From assembly GCA_016205975.1 (NCBI GenBank), contig JACQSK010000015.1:10624-74623 (forward strand): a stretch of DNA of 64,000 bases, given 5' to 3'. The stretch is from Candidatus Uhrbacteria bacterium. GTDB lineage: Bacteria; Patescibacteriota; Patescibacteriia; UBA9934; GWF2-40-263. The translations under genes and the position numbers were made by a program. Shown here in pieces: positions 36,651-47,096 of the stretch. Numbering within the stretch: position 1 is the first letter of the stretch; each line of letters opens with the position of its first letter. The notes under the pieces are model-generated. The model searched no databases. It was not told where the DNA came from and saw only the letters and a list, made by a program, of their open reading frames with translations.

Positions 36651-37499
36651 ATGGGAGTGAAACACTACAGACCGACGACCAATGCACGGCGCCTCTCAAG
36701 CGTGGACGATTTTTCTGATGTCACGAAACATTCGCCAGAAAAGAAACTTACGCTCAAGAAGAAAAAGTTTGCCGGCCGCACGAAGGGCAAGATCACCGTC
36801 CGCCATCAGGGCGGCGGCGCCAAACAGCGCATTCGCATCATCGATTCCCGCCGAGAGAAGTTCGACATCCCCGCCCGCGTGGTGGCGATCGAGTATGATC
36901 CAAACCGCGGCGCGCGCCTGGCGCTCCTGCAGTATGCCGATGGCGAGAAGCGATACATCATCGCACCTCTGGGTCTTGGGGTAGGGGCATCCATCATCTC
37001 ATCCATGCAAAAGGGCGAGATTCAAACAGGCAACCGTTTTCAGTTGCAGCACATTCCCGTGGGCATGCAGGTGTATGACATTGAGCTGAAGCCCGGCAAA
37101 GGCGGACAGATGGTCCGCGGCGCCGGCACGACAGCTCAGCTCATGGCCGTGGAAGGCGCCTACGCCACGCTGCGTTTGCCTTCGGGGGAAGTGCGCATGG
37201 TCGCCAAAGAATGCCAGGCGACGCTGGGACAGTCATCCAATCCGGATCGGCGCCTCATCCGATGGGGCAAGGCAGGACGCACGCGTCATCGCGGCATCCG
37301 TCCCACGGTTCGTGGAAAAGTGATGAATCCCGTTGACCACCCCCACGGCGGTGGAGAGGGGAGAAACCCGATCGGACTCAAGCGTCCGAAGACCCCGACA
37401 GGCAAACCTGCCCTGGGCGTGAAGACACGCAAGCGCCAGGCGTCAGACGCGCTGATTGTTACGCGCCGTAAGCGCGGACGGTTCGTCGGTAGCTCGTAA
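36651..37499 (+). CDS. rplB: 50S ribosomal protein L2
   Basis: L2 homology ([11 protein letters not shown]). Confidence 0.95.
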   Translation: MGVKHYRPTTNARRLSSVDDFSDVTKHSPEKKLTLKKKKFAGRTKGKITVRHQGGGAKQRIRIIDSRREKFDIPARVVAIEYDPNRGARLALLQYADGEKRYIIAPLGLGVGASIISSMQKGEIQTGNRFQLQHIPVGMQVYDIELKPGKGGQMVRGAGTTAQLMAVEGAYATLRLPSGEVRMVAKECQATLGQSSNPDRRLIRWGKAGRTRHRGIRPTVRGKVMNPVDHPHGGGEGRNPIGLKRPKTPTGKPALGVKTRKRQASDALIVTRRKRGRFVGSS

Positions 37500-37503
37500 T
37501 CTT

Positions 37504-37821
37504 ATGTCACGAAGCATTAAAAAAGGATCCTACGTCCACCCGAAACTCTTGAAGAAACTCGCGACGCGCAAACCAGGCGTCGGGGGCCCGATCAAGACCT
37601 GGGCGCGTTCCTCCACGATCACTCCGGAAATGGTTGGATTCATCTTCGCTGTCCATAACGGTCGCGATTTTCTCCAAGTGCGCGTGGTGGAAAACATGGT
37701 CGGTCACAAACTCGGAGAGTTTTCTCCGACGCGGAAATTTGTGAAACACGGTGGGACCACCCAGAAGCCAGAGGAAGGCGGAACTCCTGCTTCTTCTCCC
37801 GCTCCGGCCGCTAAAAAATAA
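37504..37821 (+). CDS. rpsS: 30S ribosomal protein S19 (with Pro/Ala-rich C-terminal tail)
   Basis: [18 protein letters not shown] start; S19 core. Confidence 0.92.
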   Translation: MSRSIKKGSYVHPKLLKKLATRKPGVGGPIKTWARSSTITPEMVGFIFAVHNGRDFLQVRVVENMVGHKLGEFSPTRKFVKHGGTTQKPEEGGTPASSPAPAAKK

Positions 37822-37826
37822 GATGT

Positions 37827-38219
37827 ATGGAAGTCCAAGCGAAAGCACGCTACCTGCGCATGTCTCCGACCAAAGTTCGGCTGGTGATTGATATTGTCCG
37901 CGGGATGAAGGTGCGCGAGGCCCAGGCTCAGCTTGCTTTCATGAAAAAGGCCGCGGCCGAGCCGGTCCTCAAACTCTTGAACTCGGCGATCGCCAACGCG
38001 ACGCACAATTTCCAGATGGACAAGGACGGGCTCTACATTAAGTCGATCGTCGCAGATGGGGGACCGATGCTTGGACGCTTCCGCGCGCGCGCCATGGGAC
38101 GAGCGGCTCCGATCCGAAAGCGCAGCACGCACATCTCGATTGTCCTGGACGAGGTGAAGAATCGCACAAAGGCAAAAGCTCAAAAGAAACAACAGACGCT
38201 TAGCACGCAACCAGCATAA
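37827..38219 (+). CDS. rplV: 50S ribosomal protein L22
   Basis: L22 homology. Confidence 0.92.
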   Translation: MEVQAKARYLRMSPTKVRLVIDIVRGMKVREAQAQLAFMKKAAAEPVLKLLNSAIANATHNFQMDKDGLYIKSIVADGGPMLGRFRARAMGRAAPIRKRSTHISIVLDEVKNRTKAKAQKKQQTLSTQPA

Positions 38220-38227
38220 TCAATCCT

Positions 38228-38872
38228 ATGGGAAACAAGGTACATCCAAATGCATTCCGCATTGGCGTCATCCGAGGATGGGACGGGGTTTGGTTTGCCA
38301 ATCGCCAGCAGTTTAAGACGTTCCTCAAAGAAGACGTCGCGATTCGGGACGAGCTCAAGAAAATGCTCAAAGAGGCGTTGGTGGATCGGATTGAAATTGA
38401 GCGCGCGCGGGGGGAGATCCGTCTCACGATCTACTCGGCCAAGCCCGGCATCATCATCGGCCGCGGCGGCGCGGGCATTGAGGATCTTACGAAAAAATTG
38501 CGCACGAAGTTTTTTCCCGGACGGCGCGTGAAGATGAGCGTGAACGTCAAAGAAATTCAGAAACCGTCTTTGAGCTCTCAGGTCATCGGCCAGCAGATTG
38601 CGGCCGACATTGAAAAGCGTATGCCGTTCCGACGCGTGATGAAAATGGCGATTGAGCGCGCAAAGAAAGCGGGCGCGCTGGGCGTGAAAGTGACGATTGG
38701 CGGGCGCTTGAACGGTTCAGACATTGCCCGCAAAGAGACGATCGCTGACGGAAAAATCCCTCTGCACAACCTGCGTTCCGATATCGACTTTGCGTCCGTG
38801 AAGGCACAGACGATCTGGGGATCGATCGGCGTGAAGGTGTGGATTAATCGCGGAGAGGTTTTCGAGCCATAG
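38228..38872 (+). CDS. rpsC: 30S ribosomal protein S3
   Basis: KH domain + S3 C-terminal domain. Confidence 0.94.
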   Translation: MGNKVHPNAFRIGVIRGWDGVWFANRQQFKTFLKEDVAIRDELKKMLKEALVDRIEIERARGEIRLTIYSAKPGIIIGRGGAGIEDLTKKLRTKFFPGRRVKMSVNVKEIQKPSLSSQVIGQQIAADIEKRMPFRRVMKMAIERAKKAGALGVKVTIGGRLNGSDIARKETIADGKIPLHNLRSDIDFASVKAQTIWGSIGVKVWINRGEVFEP

Positions 38873-38873
38873 T

Positions 38874-39293
38874 ATGTTGATGCCCAAGAAGGTCAAACAT
38901 CGCAAGTGGCACAAGGGCCGCCGTCTCGGCCGCCGCATTGCCACCACCAAGACGATGCTCGCGTTTGGATCGTTTGGTTTGAAAGCGACCAGCGAGTCCT
39001 GGGTCACCTCTCGGCAGATTGAGGCCGCCCGCCGCGCCATGACGCGCGCCGTGGCCCGCGGAGGGAAAATTTGGATTCGCATTTTTCCCGATAAGCCTGT
39101 CACGACCAAGGGGTCGGAGATGCCGATGGGAAAAGGAAAAGGCGCGGTGGATCATTATGTGGCGATCGTGCGGCCCGGCACCATCATGTTTGAGATGGGC
39201 GGCATCGACGAGGCGCTCGCGCGTTCTGCCTTGACGCTCGCTTCCCACAAGCTGCCGGTCACCACCAAAATCGTGACGCGCGAAGTCGTGTAA
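38874..39293 (+). CDS. rplP: 50S ribosomal protein L16
   Basis: [16 protein letters not shown] start. Confidence 0.94.
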   Translation: MLMPKKVKHRKWHKGRRLGRRIATTKTMLAFGSFGLKATSESWVTSRQIEAARRAMTRAVARGGKIWIRIFPDKPVTTKGSEMPMGKGKGAVDHYVAIVRPGTIMFEMGGIDEALARSALTLASHKLPVTTKIVTREVV

Positions 39294-39297
39294 CCCT

Positions 39298-39498
39298 ATG
39301 GATATCAAGTCGATCCGATCAAAATCTCAAGAGGTTCTCGCACAAGAACTCGCGCAAGCGCAGACGCACCTGAAGTCTCTGGACTTTAAGCTTGCGGCCA
39401 ACCAGTTAAAGAACGTCCGTGAGAGCCGCAAGACCAAGCGTTTGGTCGCGCGCCTGCAGACGGTGCTGCGCGAAAAGCGAAACGTCTCAACCCCATAA
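39298..39498 (+). CDS. rpmC: 50S ribosomal protein L29
   Basis: L29 homology, 66 aa. Confidence 0.9.
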   Translation: MDIKSIRSKSQEVLAQELAQAQTHLKSLDFKLAANQLKNVRESRKTKRLVARLQTVLREKRNVSTP

Positions 39499-39501
39499 GC
39501 T

Positions 39502-39756
39502 ATGAACAAGAAAACCATTCAACGCACGTTTACCGGAGTCGTCGTCGCCGCCAAGATGGCGAAGACGCTTGTGGTACGCGTCGAGCGCACGGTCGTGCAT
39601 CCCAAGTACGGGAAACGCTATGTGCAAAGCAAGAAGTTTCATGTTCATGACGAAGCACAGGCTCACAAGGCGGGGGACACGGTCACCTTCCGGGCGTGCC
39701 GTCCGATTTCCAAGACGAAGTGTTGGAGGGTGTTAACCCAGCCGTCACAGAAGTAA
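39502..39756 (+). CDS. rpsQ: 30S ribosomal protein S17
   Basis: S17 homology. Confidence 0.92.
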   Translation: MNKKTIQRTFTGVVVAAKMAKTLVVRVERTVVHPKYGKRYVQSKKFHVHDEAQAHKAGDTVTFRACRPISKTKCWRVLTQPSQK

Positions 39757-39757
39757 T

Positions 39758-40129
39758 ATGGTTCAACTTCGATCCATGGTCAAAGTGGCAGACAACACCG
39801 GAGCCCGCAAACTGCAGGTCATTCGTGTGATTGGCGGCTATCAGCAGCGCTATGCCTTCATCGGCGACATTGTGACGGCGGCGGTGAAAGAAGCCGTGCC
39901 GCATGGCACCGTGAAGAAAAGCGATGTTGTCACCGCGGTGATGGTTCGCGCCCGCAAGGAGATTCGACGCAAGGACGGCACCTACATCCGTTTTGACGAG
40001 AACGCGGCCGTGATCATCGATGCCAAGACCAAAGAACCAAAAGGCACGCGTATCTTCGGGCCCGTGGCTCGTGAACTGCGCGCCCTGGGTTTTGGAAAAA
40101 TTATTTCATTGGCCCCCGAGGTCCTCTAG
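39758..40129 (+). CDS. rplN: 50S ribosomal protein L14
   Basis: L14 homology. Confidence 0.94.
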   Translation: MVQLRSMVKVADNTGARKLQVIRVIGGYQQRYAFIGDIVTAAVKEAVPHGTVKKSDVVTAVMVRARKEIRRKDGTYIRFDENAAVIIDAKTKEPKGTRIFGPVARELRALGFGKIISLAPEVL

Positions 40130-40134
40130 ACGCT

Positions 40135-40458
40135 ATGAAGATTAAGACAGGTGACAAAGTCCGTGTCCTCACGGGAAAAGACAAAGGCAAGGAAGGAGCC
40201 GTCCTCCAGGTGTTCCCTGGTCTTCAGCGTGTCGTCGTGGAAGGGGTGAACAAGATGACCAAGCACTTGCGCAAAACCGGACAACGCGCCGGACAGAAAA
40301 TTGAGTTTTCTTCTCCGCTGCATGTTTCCAACGTCGCGCTCGTCTCGCCCAAGAGCGGGAAGACGGGACGCGTGGCCTACAAGAGCATCGAACAAGAAGG
40401 GAAGAAGAAACGCATTCGCGTGATTCGTAAAAAGGGCGTGGTCGAGGACATCGAGTAA
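40135..40458 (+). CDS. rplX: 50S ribosomal protein L24
   Basis: KOW-domain L24. Confidence 0.92.
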   Translation: MKIKTGDKVRVLTGKDKGKEGAVLQVFPGLQRVVVEGVNKMTKHLRKTGQRAGQKIEFSSPLHVSNVALVSPKSGKTGRVAYKSIEQEGKKKRIRVIRKKGVVEDIE

Positions 40459-40462
40459 TCCT

Positions 40463-41005
40463 ATGGCATTTCAAGACACCTATCGCAAAGACGTTGTTCC
40501 CAAATTGCAAGCTGAGTTTGGGTACAAAAATATCCACGCGGTTCCGACCGTCAAGGCCGTGACGTTGAATGTGGGTCTGGGTTCGGGACTCAAGGACGCC
40601 AAGTTTTTGGAAACCGCCGAGAAAACGCTTACGCGCATCTCGGGACAAAAACCCGTCATGACCAAGTCTCGCAAGTCCATTGCCGGCTTCAAGATTCGTG
40701 AGGGGATGGTGGTGGGAATGAAGGTCACGTTGCGCGGGAAGCGGATGTGGAACTTCCTGGAGAAGCTCATCCGCGTTTCTCTGCCGCGCGTGCGGGACTT
40801 CCGAGGCCTGTCGCCGGACGCCTTTGACGGACAGGGCAACTACTCCATCGGGTTTAAAGAGCACATGGCTTTTCCAGAAATCCGCAGCGACGAGATCGAA
40901 TTGATCCACGGCCTTCAGGTCACCATCGCGACCAATGCTGGAAATGATGCCCAAGCCCGCTCTCTGCTTAAACATCTGGGAATGCCTCTCAAGACCGAGA
41001 ACTAA
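40463..41005 (+). CDS. rplE: 50S ribosomal protein L5
   Basis: L5 homology. Confidence 0.94.
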   Translation: MAFQDTYRKDVVPKLQAEFGYKNIHAVPTVKAVTLNVGLGSGLKDAKFLETAEKTLTRISGQKPVMTKSRKSIAGFKIREGMVVGMKVTLRGKRMWNFLEKLIRVSLPRVRDFRGLSPDAFDGQGNYSIGFKEHMAFPEIRSDEIELIHGLQVTIATNAGNDAQARSLLKHLGMPLKTEN

Positions 41006-41006
41006 T

Positions 41007-41192
41007 ATGGCCACGTCCAATCAAATTGCCAAATCAAAAAAACGCGCCAAGTTTTCGACGCGGATCGTCCACCGTTGCTGGCGGTGCGGACGCGCGCGCG
41101 GGTATATGCGCGTGTTTGGCCTGTGCCGTATCTGTTTTCGAGAGCTCGCCAACCGCGGAGAGATCCCAGGCGTTAAAAAATCAAGTTGGTAG
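41007..41192 (+). CDS. rpsN: 30S ribosomal protein S14 type Z (zinc-binding, 61 aa)
   Basis: CWRCGR...CRIC zinc motif; start trimmed to MATSNQ. Confidence 0.9.
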   Translation: MATSNQIAKSKKRAKFSTRIVHRCWRCGRARGYMRVFGLCRICFRELANRGEIPGVKKSSW

Positions 41193-41210
41193 AACGACCC
41201 CACGCTTCCT

Positions 41211-41603
41211 ATGATTACGGATCCTATCTCGGACATGCTTACACGCATTCGTAACGCTCAGCTGGTTCACCTGCCTGAGATCGTTTTGCCATACTCTAAG
41301 ATCAAGTTCGCGATTGCGAAGATCCTTGAGAAGGAAGGCTACGTCGGCCAGGTGCAACAGACACAAGAGCAGAAGCGGCCCACCCTTAAAATGGAGTTGA
41401 TGTATGACGCGGGCCGGCCGAAGATTCAGATGATCGCGCGCGTCAGCCGACCGAGCCGCCGGGTCTATGCCAAGTCCAGCGACCTGCCACGCGTGCTTTC
41501 CGATTTCGGTATCGCGATCATCTCGACGCCGAACGGCATGATGACGAATAAAGAAGCCCGAGCGCGTCACTTGGGTGGAGAAGTGATTTGCGAAATTTCC
41601 TAA
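41211..41603 (+). CDS. rpsH: 30S ribosomal protein S8
   Basis: S8 homology. Confidence 0.94.
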   Translation: MITDPISDMLTRIRNAQLVHLPEIVLPYSKIKFAIAKILEKEGYVGQVQQTQEQKRPTLKMELMYDAGRPKIQMIARVSRPSRRVYAKSSDLPRVLSDFGIAIISTPNGMMTNKEARARHLGGEVICEIS

Positions 41604-41604
41604 T

Positions 41605-42168
41605 ATGTCTCGCGTTGGAAAAAAACCTATTCTCATTCCCGCCGGCGTGGAGGTCCTCGTGGAGGGTCAGACCGTTACGGTGAAAGGCCCGAAGGCCACG
41701 CTCGCCACGCAGATCAATCACGCCGTGCGCGCGGATATCGTTCAAGGCCAAGACGGCCGTGAAGTCGTTTTCCTCGTGGACGAGGCCATGGCTTCAGATA
41801 CCAACACACGCGCGCAGTGGGGGACCGCGCGCGCAAACGTCGCCAATCTGGTGAAAGGCGTGACGACAGGATTCACGAAAAAACTGGAAGTGAACGGCGT
41901 GGGCTATCGCGTGAGCGCGTCCGCCGCTGGCCTGGTTTTAAACGTCGGCTTCTCCCACGAGGTGAAGGTCGCCATCCCGAAAGGCATCGAAGCGAGCGTG
42001 GAGGGGAACGTCATTACCCTCACGGGCGCTGATACGCAGGCCGTAGGCGAGCTTGCCGCGCAGCTGCGAGCCATCCGCAAACCCGAACCGTATAAAGGAA
42101 AAGGCATTAAGTATGCCGATGAGGTTGTCCGTCGCAAGGCAGGCAAGACTCAGAAGGCAGGAGCATAA
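41605..42168 (+). CDS. rplF: 50S ribosomal protein L6
   Basis: L6 homology. Confidence 0.94.
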   Translation: MSRVGKKPILIPAGVEVLVEGQTVTVKGPKATLATQINHAVRADIVQGQDGREVVFLVDEAMASDTNTRAQWGTARANVANLVKGVTTGFTKKLEVNGVGYRVSASAAGLVLNVGFSHEVKVAIPKGIEASVEGNVITLTGADTQAVGELAAQLRAIRKPEPYKGKGIKYADEVVRRKAGKTQKAGA

Positions 42169-42171
42169 CCT

Positions 42172-42528
42172 ATGAGTGGAGCCACCAAACAAAAACGACA
42201 GCACGCTGCCCTGCGCGCACACCGCACGCGTTCCCGGATTCGCGGAACGGCGGCGTGTCCGCGCCTGAGCGTGAAGCGCAGCCTGAAGCATATCTACGCA
42301 CAGCTCATCGATGACGCGCGCGGCGTGACGCTTGTCAGCGCCTCAGACACAGCCGTAGAAGCCAAAGGCCGTCCGGTTGAGGTTGCCCATGCCGTAGGGA
42401 AAAGGCTCGCAGAAAAGGCCGTTGCGGCCGGAATGACTCAAGCTGTGTTTGATCGCGGGAGCTATCGTTATCACGGCCGCGTGGCCGCGATTGCCGATGG
42501 CGCGCGTGAGGGAGGACTCACCATCTAA
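42172..42528 (+). CDS. rplR: 50S ribosomal protein L18
   Basis: L18 homology. Confidence 0.92.
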   Translation: MSGATKQKRQHAALRAHRTRSRIRGTAACPRLSVKRSLKHIYAQLIDDARGVTLVSASDTAVEAKGRPVEVAHAVGKRLAEKAVAAGMTQAVFDRGSYRYHGRVAAIADGAREGGLTI

Positions 42529-42529
42529 T

Positions 42530-43093
42530 ATGCCAGACCCAAAATATCCATCAAAACCGGCTCGGGGAGGAGGACGCCGCGGCGGGGAAGACGACAAGCG
42601 CGGTCGCGGACGCGGGCGTGGACGCAAAAACGATGAACGAGCTCCTCGCGAGTTCGAGCAGAAGATTTTGGATCTCGCGCGCGTGACGCGCGTGACGGCG
42701 GGAGGGAAGCGCATGACGTTCCGCTGCGCGCTCATCATCGGAGACAAAAAAGGACGCGTGGGTCTTGGGATTGCCAAAGGGGCAGACGTGCAGATTGCCA
42801 TTGAGAAGGCGTACAAGCAAGCCAAGAAAGACGTGCTGGTCGTCCCCATTGTCAACCAGACGCTTCCGCATCCCATTCAGGTGAAGTTCGGTTCCGCGAT
42901 GATCATCTTGAAACCGGCTCCATTGGGAACAGGGCTCAAGAGCGGCGGAGCCATGCGTATGGTTCTTGAATTTGCCGGCGTCCCGAATGCCGTTTCCAAG
43001 ATCGTAAACTCAAGCAACAAAATTAACATTGCTAAGGCGACGCTGGAAGCCATCCGACGTCTGCAACACGCCAAAGCGCCTGTCCGTCTATGA
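42530..43093 (+). CDS. rpsE: 30S ribosomal protein S5 (Arg/Gly-rich N-terminal tail)
   Basis: S5 dsRBD + C-terminal domain; start trimmed to MPDPKYP. Confidence 0.92.
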   Translation: MPDPKYPSKPARGGGRRGGEDDKRGRGRGRGRKNDERAPREFEQKILDLARVTRVTAGGKRMTFRCALIIGDKKGRVGLGIAKGADVQIAIEKAYKQAKKDVLVVPIVNQTLPHPIQVKFGSAMIILKPAPLGTGLKSGGAMRMVLEFAGVPNAVSKIVNSSNKINIAKATLEAIRRLQHAKAPVRL

Positions 43094-43533
43094 CCCTCTC
43101 TCTGCACACCCTGCGACCGCAAAAAGGTTCCGCGAAGTCCAAGAAGCGCGTTGGACGCGGATTAGGTTCGACGGGAACCTATTCAGGACGAGGCGTGAAG
43201 GGTCAGAGCGCCCGCTCCGGTGTCTCCGGCCTCAAGCTCCAAGGTCTGCGCCAGATTATGCTTGCCACGCCAAAGTCGCGCGGGTTTACCAGCGGCTATG
43301 AGCGCGCACAGGCTGTGAACGTCGACGACTTGTCAAAGACGTTTAAGCCAGGCACAAAGGTCACGCCCAAGATGCTTGAGAAGGCGGGTCTCATCGGTCG
43401 CGCCACCTCGCCCGTGAAAGTTCTGGGCGGCGGCGCGATCGCGATCGCCATCACCCTTTCCGGCTGCCGCGTGTCGGCGTCGGCCAAGCAGAAGATCGAG
43501 GCCGCTGGAGGCACGATCGTTGACCGAGTATAA
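43090..43533 (+). CDS. rplO: 50S ribosomal protein L15
   Basis: L15 homology. Overlaps the rpsE stop, so no L30 gene intervenes. Confidence 0.93.
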   Translation: MTLSLHTLRPQKGSAKSKKRVGRGLGSTGTYSGRGVKGQSARSGVSGLKLQGLRQIMLATPKSRGFTSGYERAQAVNVDDLSKTFKPGTKVTPKMLEKAGLIGRATSPVKVLGGGAIAIAITLSGCRVSASAKQKIEAAGGTIVDRV

Positions 43534-43542
43534 TGGAGTGAT

Positions 43543-44805
43543 ATGAATACGCTCCTTCGCATTTGGAAAACCAAAGACATCCGCAACAGTCTCCTGTTCA
43601 TTGGAGCCATGCTCGTGGTCTTCCGTCTGACGGCGCACATTCCGGTCCCCGGCGTCGATACCTCCGTGCTCGGCTCTATTTTTTCCGGCAACCAATTTTT
43701 TGGACTCCTGAATATTTTCTCAGGGGGCACGCTTGAGAACTTTTCCGTTGTGGCCATGGGGGTCATGCCCTACATCACCTCCTCCATCATCTTCCAGCTC
43801 TTGGGCATGATCTTGCCATCCGTGGAGGAGATGCAGAAGGAAGAGCAAGGACGGCAGCGGCTCAATCAGTGGACGCGCCTGGCCACAGTGCCGCTGGCGA
43901 TTGTCCAGGGGTATGGACTGATTTTGCTCCTCTCCCAGCAAGGGCAGTTTTTTACCACGGCCGGCTTCCAAACCATGGCGTTTGCCATTTTGAGCATGAC
44001 CGCCGGGACGATGTTCCTCATGTGGCTGGGAGAATTGATTACAGAGAAAAACATCGGTAACGGTATTTCGATCGTGATCTTGGCGGGCATTTTGGCTGGA
44101 TTGCCTACGACGCTCAGCCAGTCGCTCTCCGTGTTTGACCGCAGCCAGCTGGTGACGCTTATCTTGTTTGTGGCGGCGACCGTCGTGACCGTGGTCGCGA
44201 TCGTGGTGATGCACGAAGCGCAGAGGAACATCCCGGTGCAGTATGCGCGCCAGGTGCACGGCGCACGGCTCTCCGGAGCCGTGAGCTCGCACATCCCGCT
44301 GCGCCTGAACATGAGCGGCGTGATCCCCATCATCTTCGCGATCTCTATCGTCCTGTTCCCCACCGTGCTCGCGCAGTTTTTCTTGAACGCAAAGACGGAA
44401 GTCCTGCGCGCGGCGGCCAACTGGGTTTTGCAGGTCTTCCAAAACCAGATCGTCTATGGGGTGATCTACTTCGTGCTCGTGTTTTTCTTCTCCTATTTCT
44501 ATACCGCCGTCATTTTCCATCCCGACCGTGTGGCCGAGAACATCCAAAAGCAAGGCGGGTTCATTCCTGGCATCCGTCCCGGCAAACAAACGGCCGAGTA
44601 TCTTGGGTGGATCGTGAACCGCATCCTCCTGGTAGGTGCCACCTTCCTTGCCGTGATCGCCGTCTTGCCGCTAGTGGTCCAGAGTCTGACGGGCAACGCT
44701 GCCCTCTCGCTTGGGGGAACCTCCATCTTGATCACGGTTGCCGTGATCGTCGAGAGCGTGAAACAGATCCAGGCGCAGCTGACGATGCGCGAGTACGAAA
44801 TCTAA
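43543..44805 (+). CDS. secY: Preprotein translocase subunit SecY
   Basis: 10-TM SecY homology. Confidence 0.95.
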   Translation: MNTLLRIWKTKDIRNSLLFIGAMLVVFRLTAHIPVPGVDTSVLGSIFSGNQFFGLLNIFSGGTLENFSVVAMGVMPYITSSIIFQLLGMILPSVEEMQKEEQGRQRLNQWTRLATVPLAIVQGYGLILLLSQQGQFFTTAGFQTMAFAILSMTAGTMFLMWLGELITEKNIGNGISIVILAGILAGLPTTLSQSLSVFDRSQLVTLILFVAATVVTVVAIVVMHEAQRNIPVQYARQVHGARLSGAVSSHIPLRLNMSGVIPIIFAISIVLFPTVLAQFFLNAKTEVLRAAANWVLQVFQNQIVYGVIYFVLVFFFSYFYTAVIFHPDRVAENIQKQGGFIPGIRPGKQTAEYLGWIVNRILLVGATFLAVIAVLPLVVQSLTGNAALSLGGTSILITVAVIVESVKQIQAQLTMREYEI

Positions 44806-44869
44806 TCAGGATCTCAACCAAAAGAGGTCGCCCTAGTCGGGTGCCTCTTTTTTGATATACTGGCATGGT

Positions 44870-45484
44870 ATGACATACAAGATATTGCTCATGGGACCCC
44901 AAGGGAGCGGGAAAGGCACGCAGGCCGAGAAGCTCGCCGCACATTTGGGGGTCCCCGCCTTTGGCATGGGACAGCTTCTGCGCGATGAGATCGCCAGCGG
45001 GTCGGAACTGGGGGAGAAGTTTGATGTGATTTTGAAGCGAGGCGATCTGGTCAGCGACAGGGATGCGGCAGAGATGCTCAAGCGCCGCCTCTTAAAACCC
45101 GACACCCAGAACGGCTATATCCTCGACGGCTATCCACGCAACCTCTCCCAGTACGCCGCGTTTGATTTTGACACGCCCACGCACGTCCTCGTGATCGACG
45201 TGCCGCGCGATGAATCGCTGAAGCGCTTGGGAGGACGTCTCACGTGCCGAGCCTGCAACAAGGTTGGTTCCATGGACGACGGAATCAAGCCTGGCGACCG
45301 ATGTGCGTGCGGGGGAGAGTGGTACCAGCGCACGGACGACACGCCCGCGGCTATCGCGCGCCGGCTCGAGATTTATGAAAACGACACGCAGCCGGTCATC
45401 CAAAAGTACGAGGCGCTGGTTGTTCACGTGGATGGCGTCGGATCGGTGGAAGAGGTGGCGGAGCGAATAAAAGCCGTCTTGTAA
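44870..45484 (+). CDS. adk: Adenylate kinase (zinc-lid type)
   Basis: GPQGSGKGTQ P-loop and CRACNKV...CACGG lid cysteines. Confidence 0.93.
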   Translation: MTYKILLMGPQGSGKGTQAEKLAAHLGVPAFGMGQLLRDEIASGSELGEKFDVILKRGDLVSDRDAAEMLKRRLLKPDTQNGYILDGYPRNLSQYAAFDFDTPTHVLVIDVPRDESLKRLGGRLTCRACNKVGSMDDGIKPGDRCACGGEWYQRTDDTPAAIARRLEIYENDTQPVIQKYEALVVHVDGVGSVEEVAERIKAVL

Positions 45485-45487
45485 CGT

Positions 45488-46267
45488 ATGGCCCTTACCA
45501 AATCACAAGAGGAGATCGAGAAGATGCGCCGAGGGGGACACCTGCTTTCTCGCGCCCTGAAGGCCGCCGTCGATGCGGTCGCTCCAGGCGTGAGCTTGCG
45601 TGAGCTGGACACGATTGCCGAGCGTGTCATTGTCGAGGGCGGCGGCGAACCATCGTTCAAAGGATATCGTTCAAAACCCTCTGACGTGCCGTTTCCCAGT
45701 ACGTTGTGTGTTTCTGTGAATGAAGAGATCGTCCATGGGCTTGGGAATCGTGAACGCCCATTGAAGAAAGGCGATATCGTGGGACTCGACATCGGGTGCT
45801 GGTTTGAGGGGCTGTGCACGGACATGGCCGTCACCGTCCCGGTCGGGGAGGTGAGCGATGACGCCAAGAAGTTGATCCAGGTCACAAAGGACTCCCTCAT
45901 GGCGGGCGTGCGCGCCGCAAGAATCGGGGGAGAGATTAAAGACATCAGCACGGCTGTTGAGGCGTACGTGAAGCCCTACGGCTACGGCATTGTCCGCGCC
46001 CTGGTGGGCCATGGCGTTGGCCACGCCGTCCACGAAGACCCGCACGTGCCCAACTACGTGTCTGACCGCTACCCGAAGGTCGTGATCGAAGAGGGGATGT
46101 GCTTGGCCCTTGAGCCGATGCTGGGCATGGGAGGCGACTATCATGTCGAGACAGCGAAAGACGGATGGAGCATCGTGATGGCCGACGGCTCACTCGGCGG
46201 GCATTTTGAAGTCACGATCGCCGTAACAAAAAAAGGCACGGAGATTTTGACGCCTCTGCCGGTATGA
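45488..46267 (+). CDS. map: Methionine aminopeptidase type I
   Basis: Pita-bread fold with metal ligands (D..D..H..E..E pattern). Confidence 0.93.
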   Translation: MALTKSQEEIEKMRRGGHLLSRALKAAVDAVAPGVSLRELDTIAERVIVEGGGEPSFKGYRSKPSDVPFPSTLCVSVNEEIVHGLGNRERPLKKGDIVGLDIGCWFEGLCTDMAVTVPVGEVSDDAKKLIQVTKDSLMAGVRAARIGGEIKDISTAVEAYVKPYGYGIVRALVGHGVGHAVHEDPHVPNYVSDRYPKVVIEEGMCLALEPMLGMGGDYHVETAKDGWSIVMADGSLGGHFEVTIAVTKKGTEILTPLPV

Positions 46268-46656
46268 GAATCCTCGGCGTCGATTACGGCGACAAAAAAA
46301 TCGGGCTCGCATTCGGGGACTCTGTTGCGCATGTGGCTGTGCCGTTGGACGTTGTTCCCAATTTGGGCGCGGAGACGCTGCAGGTCTTTGCCAAAAAGGT
46401 CTCGGCAGAAGACATTGATCTGATCGTGGTGGGCGTGCCGTTGTCCACGGGCGCGCATCATTCATCCGTCCAGCTCGAGAAGACTCGCGCATTCATCCAA
46501 GCGCTCCAGGGTGCTGTGGCCGTGCCGGTCGTAGAGGAAGACGAGTCCTATACGAGCGCGGAGAGCATCCGGTTGCAACGCGAGGAGGGTGCGCAGGCGT
46601 ATGAGGATGCGCTCTCGGCTATGCTTATCGTTCAAGCGTACTTAGAACATCTATGA
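46264..46656 (+). CDS. ruvX: Holliday-junction resolvase-like YqgF/RuvX (pre-16S rRNA nuclease)
   Basis: ILGVDYGDKKIGLAFGD N-terminal RNase H-like motif. Confidence 0.85.
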   Translation: MRILGVDYGDKKIGLAFGDSVAHVAVPLDVVPNLGAETLQVFAKKVSAEDIDLIVVGVPLSTGAHHSSVQLEKTRAFIQALQGAVAVPVVEEDESYTSAESIRLQREEGAQAYEDALSAMLIVQAYLEHL

Positions 46657-47093
46657 ATCATCTTACACGTGTGTTCTTCGTTCTTTTGGTCCTGGTTGGC
46701 GTGTATTGGTTATGGCAGGATGCGGAGGAGCCCGTCGAAGCGCCGTCGACGGAGTTTGTTTCAGAGGGTGGCGTGATCCTGCGTGTCACTTCGCCTCTGA
46801 AAGAGGCGCTCGTGATCTCGCCTCTCATGCTCACAGGAGAAGCGCCGGGCACATGGTACTTTGAGGCGAGCTTTCCTATCGTGCTTGTGGACTGGGATGG
46901 ACGCATCATTGCGCAGGGACACGCGGAAGCTCAAGCGGACTGGATGACAGAGATCCTCGTCCCGTTTGTAGCGACGCTTGAGTTTACGAAGCCCGACTAC
47001 GGCACGACCGGCGCCTTGATTTTGCAGCGCGATAATCCATCGGGGCTTCCCGAGAACGATGATGCCGTGGAGGTTCCTATTCGATTTGAATAA
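46653..47093 (+). CDS. Hypothetical exported protein (N-terminal TM/signal, 146 aa)
   Basis: Signal-anchor plus a beta-rich body; no firm family. Confidence 0.55.
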   Translation: MNHLTRVFFVLLVLVGVYWLWQDAEEPVEAPSTEFVSEGGVILRVTSPLKEALVISPLMLTGEAPGTWYFEASFPIVLVDWDGRIIAQGHAEAQADWMTEILVPFVATLEFTKPDYGTTGALILQRDNPSGLPENDDAVEVPIRFE

Positions 47094-47096
47094 CCT

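Noticed and set aside
43090-43093. A missed small L30 gene between rpsE and rplO
   Set aside because: rpsE and rplO overlap by 4 nt, so there is no room. The absence appears genuine.
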